A DNA stretch of 32,000 nucleotides from Candidatus Uzinura diaspidicola str. ASNER. Its GTDB lineage: Bacteria > Bacteroidota > Bacteroidia > Flavobacteriales > Blattabacteriaceae. Both the position numbers and the translations under genes were made by a program. The DNA is taken from NCBI GenBank assembly GCA_000331975.1, contig CP003263.1:180001-212000 (forward strand). Direction: 5' to 3'. The notes below the pieces were generated by a model. The model was not told the origin of the DNA and made no database searches. It worked only from the letters and a program-made list of their open reading frames with translations. Below are positions 29,738-32,000 of the stretch, piece by piece (positions within the stretch are counted from its first letter, which is position 1; every line of letters starts with the position of its first letter).

Positions 29738-31831
29738 TTGGGAAGCTTTTCTATGATAAAAAATTCAGTTTTTATATTTTCCACTGATTTATATAGTGGA
29801 AAATCATTGGCCACATTTGGAATAATGCAAATGATCATGAAAAAAAAACATTGTTTAGCAATCTTCAGGCCAATTATAGAGGAATCTTGTTACAGTGTAA
29901 AAGATGATCATATTTACGCAGTAATATCACATTTTCAACTAAAAATATTTTATGAGGAAACATTTTGTTTTTCAAGAAAGGAAGCTATATTTCTTTATAA
30001 ATATGGTGGTAACCATAGAATTTACGATCATATATTCAAAAAACATAAAGAACTTGAAGGGAGTTTTGATTTTGTATTGGTAGAAGGTCAAGATTATTAT
30101 AATGATAACCGCGATATTGAACTGAATACGGAAGTTGCTAAACATCTACAATTACCAATTATTTTAGTAATGAATGGGGCAAATAAAAATATTAAAACTG
30201 TATATGATCATATACGTCGCCAACATGTAAATTTTATAATATTAGTAATCAATAAAACACTTATTCCTTTCCAATTGCTTCAATCCTATTTGACGCGTTA
30301 TTTGCCCCCTGAAGTTGTAGTTTTTACTGTTCCTCCGGATGATATTTTAGACAAGCCTACTATAATAGAGATTCAAAAAGAATTTGACGCTAAACTCATT
30401 ATTGGAAGTAAATATGATTTAAATAAAATTTCCATAACTTACATAATAAGTTCTTTTCTATACTGTAATCAGTCCTTTCCCCTTTCTATTCTTAATGAAG
30501 ACTTATTGATAATAACTCAAGGTGATCGTATAGATTTAATTTTGGCAACACTTATTGCTAATATTTCTTCAAAATATGGGCATATTTCAGCTCTTATATT
30601 AACGGGAAGTATTCTTCCGGAAGAGACTTTTTTAAATATAATGAAGAGTGTACCTAACTTTATTCCTATTTTGGCCGGTTATTGCGATACTTTAGAAACT
30701 TCTCAAAGAGTCGCTTCCATAAGAACACATTGTTGTTCCCAGAACATGGTAAAACTACAACATAGTATTAATTTATTTGAAGAATATGTAGAGAACCCAC
30801 TTCTCTTTGAGAAAATTACTTTAAAAAAGTACAAGTATATTACTCCTCAAATATTTCACTACAATATAGTAAAACAAAGTAAAATTGCACAAAAACATAT
30901 AGTGTTACCTGAAGGGAATGATGAACGTATATTGCTAGCTGCATCTTTTTTTTCCAAAGAAGGACTTGGAAAGATCACTATTTTAGGGAATCCTAAAAAA
31001 ATAATGGCTAAGGTAAATAGTTTAGGAATTTCTTGGGAAGAAGAGCGTATTACTATTTTGGATCCTGTATCTTCCAATTTCTACGAGGATTTTTATAGTA
31101 CTTTATATCATCTAAGAAAAGAAAAAGGGTTAAAACTTACAGAAGCAAAAAATCTTATGTTAGATATATCATATTTTGGAACAATGATGGTATATAAAGG
31201 ATTAGCTGATGGAATGGTTTCAGGCGCAGAAAATACTACAGCTTCTACAATTCGTCCAGCACTTCAATTTATAAGAACAAGGACTGATATTAATACAGTT
31301 TCATCGATATTTTTTATGCTTTTAAAGGATCGTGTACTTGTTTATGGGGATTGTGCTATTGTTCCTGATCCTACTGCTGAACAACTTGCTGATATAACTA
31401 TTGTATCTGCAAAGACTGCAGAAGATTTTGGATTTGAACCAAAAGTAGCTCTACTTTCATATTCCTCTGGTCATTCAGGATCAGGAAAACAGGTTGAAAA
31501 AGTAAGAATAGCTACAGAAATAGTAAAAAATCGTGCCCCAAAATTGCTAGTGGAAGGTCCCATACAATATGATGCTGCTGTAGACCCTAAAGTAGGAAAA
31601 AAAAAGCTGCCCAACTCTCATGTAGCAGGCTCTGCTAATGTATTTATTTTTCCTGAGTTAAACACTGGAAACAATACTTATAAAGCAGTACAAAGAGAAA
31701 CAAAATCATTAGCTATAGGCCCTGTAATTCAAGGGCTTAACAGACCAATTAATGATTTAAGTAGAGGAGCAAGTGTAGAGGATATTTACCATACTCTACT
31801 CATTACTTCAATACAATCTATACGCAATTAA
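29738..31831 (+). CDS. pta: Phosphate acetyltransferase, long form with N-terminal BioD-like/DRTGG region
   Basis: 697-aa ORF (TTG 29738; ATG 29753 MIKNSVFIFST... is an alternative start). The C-terminal PTA_PTB domain carries IVLPEGNDERIL, MVSGAENTTASTIRPALQ and SRGASVEDI. Confidence 0.88.
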   Translation: MGSFSMIKNSVFIFSTDLYSGKSLATFGIMQMIMKKKHCLAIFRPIIEESCYSVKDDHIYAVISHFQLKIFYEETFCFSRKEAIFLYKYGGNHRIYDHIFKKHKELEGSFDFVLVEGQDYYNDNRDIELNTEVAKHLQLPIILVMNGANKNIKTVYDHIRRQHVNFIILVINKTLIPFQLLQSYLTRYLPPEVVVFTVPPDDILDKPTIIEIQKEFDAKLIIGSKYDLNKISITYIISSFLYCNQSFPLSILNEDLLIITQGDRIDLILATLIANISSKYGHISALILTGSILPEETFLNIMKSVPNFIPILAGYCDTLETSQRVASIRTHCCSQNMVKLQHSINLFEEYVENPLLFEKITLKKYKYITPQIFHYNIVKQSKIAQKHIVLPEGNDERILLAASFFSKEGLGKITILGNPKKIMAKVNSLGISWEEERITILDPVSSNFYEDFYSTLYHLRKEKGLKLTEAKNLMLDISYFGTMMVYKGLADGMVSGAENTTASTIRPALQFIRTRTDINTVSSIFFMLLKDRVLVYGDCAIVPDPTAEQLADITIVSAKTAEDFGFEPKVALLSYSSGHSGSGKQVEKVRIATEIVKNRAPKLLVEGPIQYDAAVDPKVGKKKLPNSHVAGSANVFIFPELNTGNNTYKAVQRETKSLAIGPVIQGLNRPINDLSRGASVEDIYHTLLITSIQSIRN

Positions 31832-31839
31832 TCTCCCTT

Positions 31840-32000
31840 ATGAAAAAAATATTGATACTTAATTCTGGAAGTTCATCCATAAAATATAAGCTAATTGATA
31901 TGCCAGAAAAAACAGTATTAGCTCAAGGATTGATAGAACGTATTGGAATAGAAGGAGGCTATATTAGGCATCAATATTTAAAAGAAAATAGTTGGAACAA
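31840..32000 (+). CDS. ackA: Acetate kinase, N-terminal 53 codons; continues beyond the right edge
   Basis: Not in the ORF track because it is open-ended. ATG 31840 gives MKKILILNSGSSSIKYKLIDMPEKTVLAQGLIERIGIEGG..., the AckA N-terminal phosphate-1 motif (LNxGSSSxKY), directly after pta. Confidence 0.85.
   Translation, partial: MKKILILNSGSSSIKYKLIDMPEKTVLAQGLIERIGIEGGYIRHQYLKENSWN

Overview
This window is AT-rich (by eye, a quarter to under a third G+C) and very compact. It holds about 31 protein-coding genes, 3 tRNAs and 1-2 pseudogenes. Most spacers are under 150 bp. There are several 1-4 nt start/stop overlaps (rpmF/rpe, clpX/mutS, pheT/small ORF), and two convergent gene pairs sit only 3-7 bp apart. 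Content is almost entirely housekeeping:
- Amino-acid biosynthesis: thrA (partial), asd.
- Central carbon metabolism: rpe, pdhB, sucC, sucD, gapA, pta, ackA (partial).
- Proteostasis: clpC, clpP, clpX, groES, groEL.
- Translation and tRNA/rRNA modification: rpmF, rpmH, lysS, pheT, miaB, mtaB, a TrmH-family methyltransferase.
- Redox and repair: a peroxiredoxin, trxB, mutS.
- Other: one receiver-less sigma-54 activator and a stand-alone HsdR_N-type PD-(D/E)xK protein.
Three genes are missing from the supplied ORF track and were found by reading the sequence: thrA (open-ended at the left edge), rpmH (52 codons) and ackA (open-ended at the right edge). Protein signatures and composition fit a reduced-genome Flavobacteriales (Bacteroidota) insect endosymbiont, Blattabacterium-like; this is inference only. 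TGA is used as a stop, so the standard bacterial code applies. I see no CRISPR array, IS or transposon, prophage, or recognisable defence or toxin cluster, and I do not find a novel multi-gene system here. What deserves a second look is a set of reductive-evolution oddities:
- a tRNA-Leu(UAA) without the long variable arm;
- an eroded NDH-2-like pseudogene after groEL;
- mutual read-through overlap of clpC with a frameshifted tatA-like gene;
- a GC-rich 12-bp in-frame tandem repeat in the TrmH-family gene;
- mutS ending inside tRNA-Gly;
- an identical 19-bp element upstream of sucD and gapA;
- the retained sigma-54 activator and the HsdR_N-type orphan.
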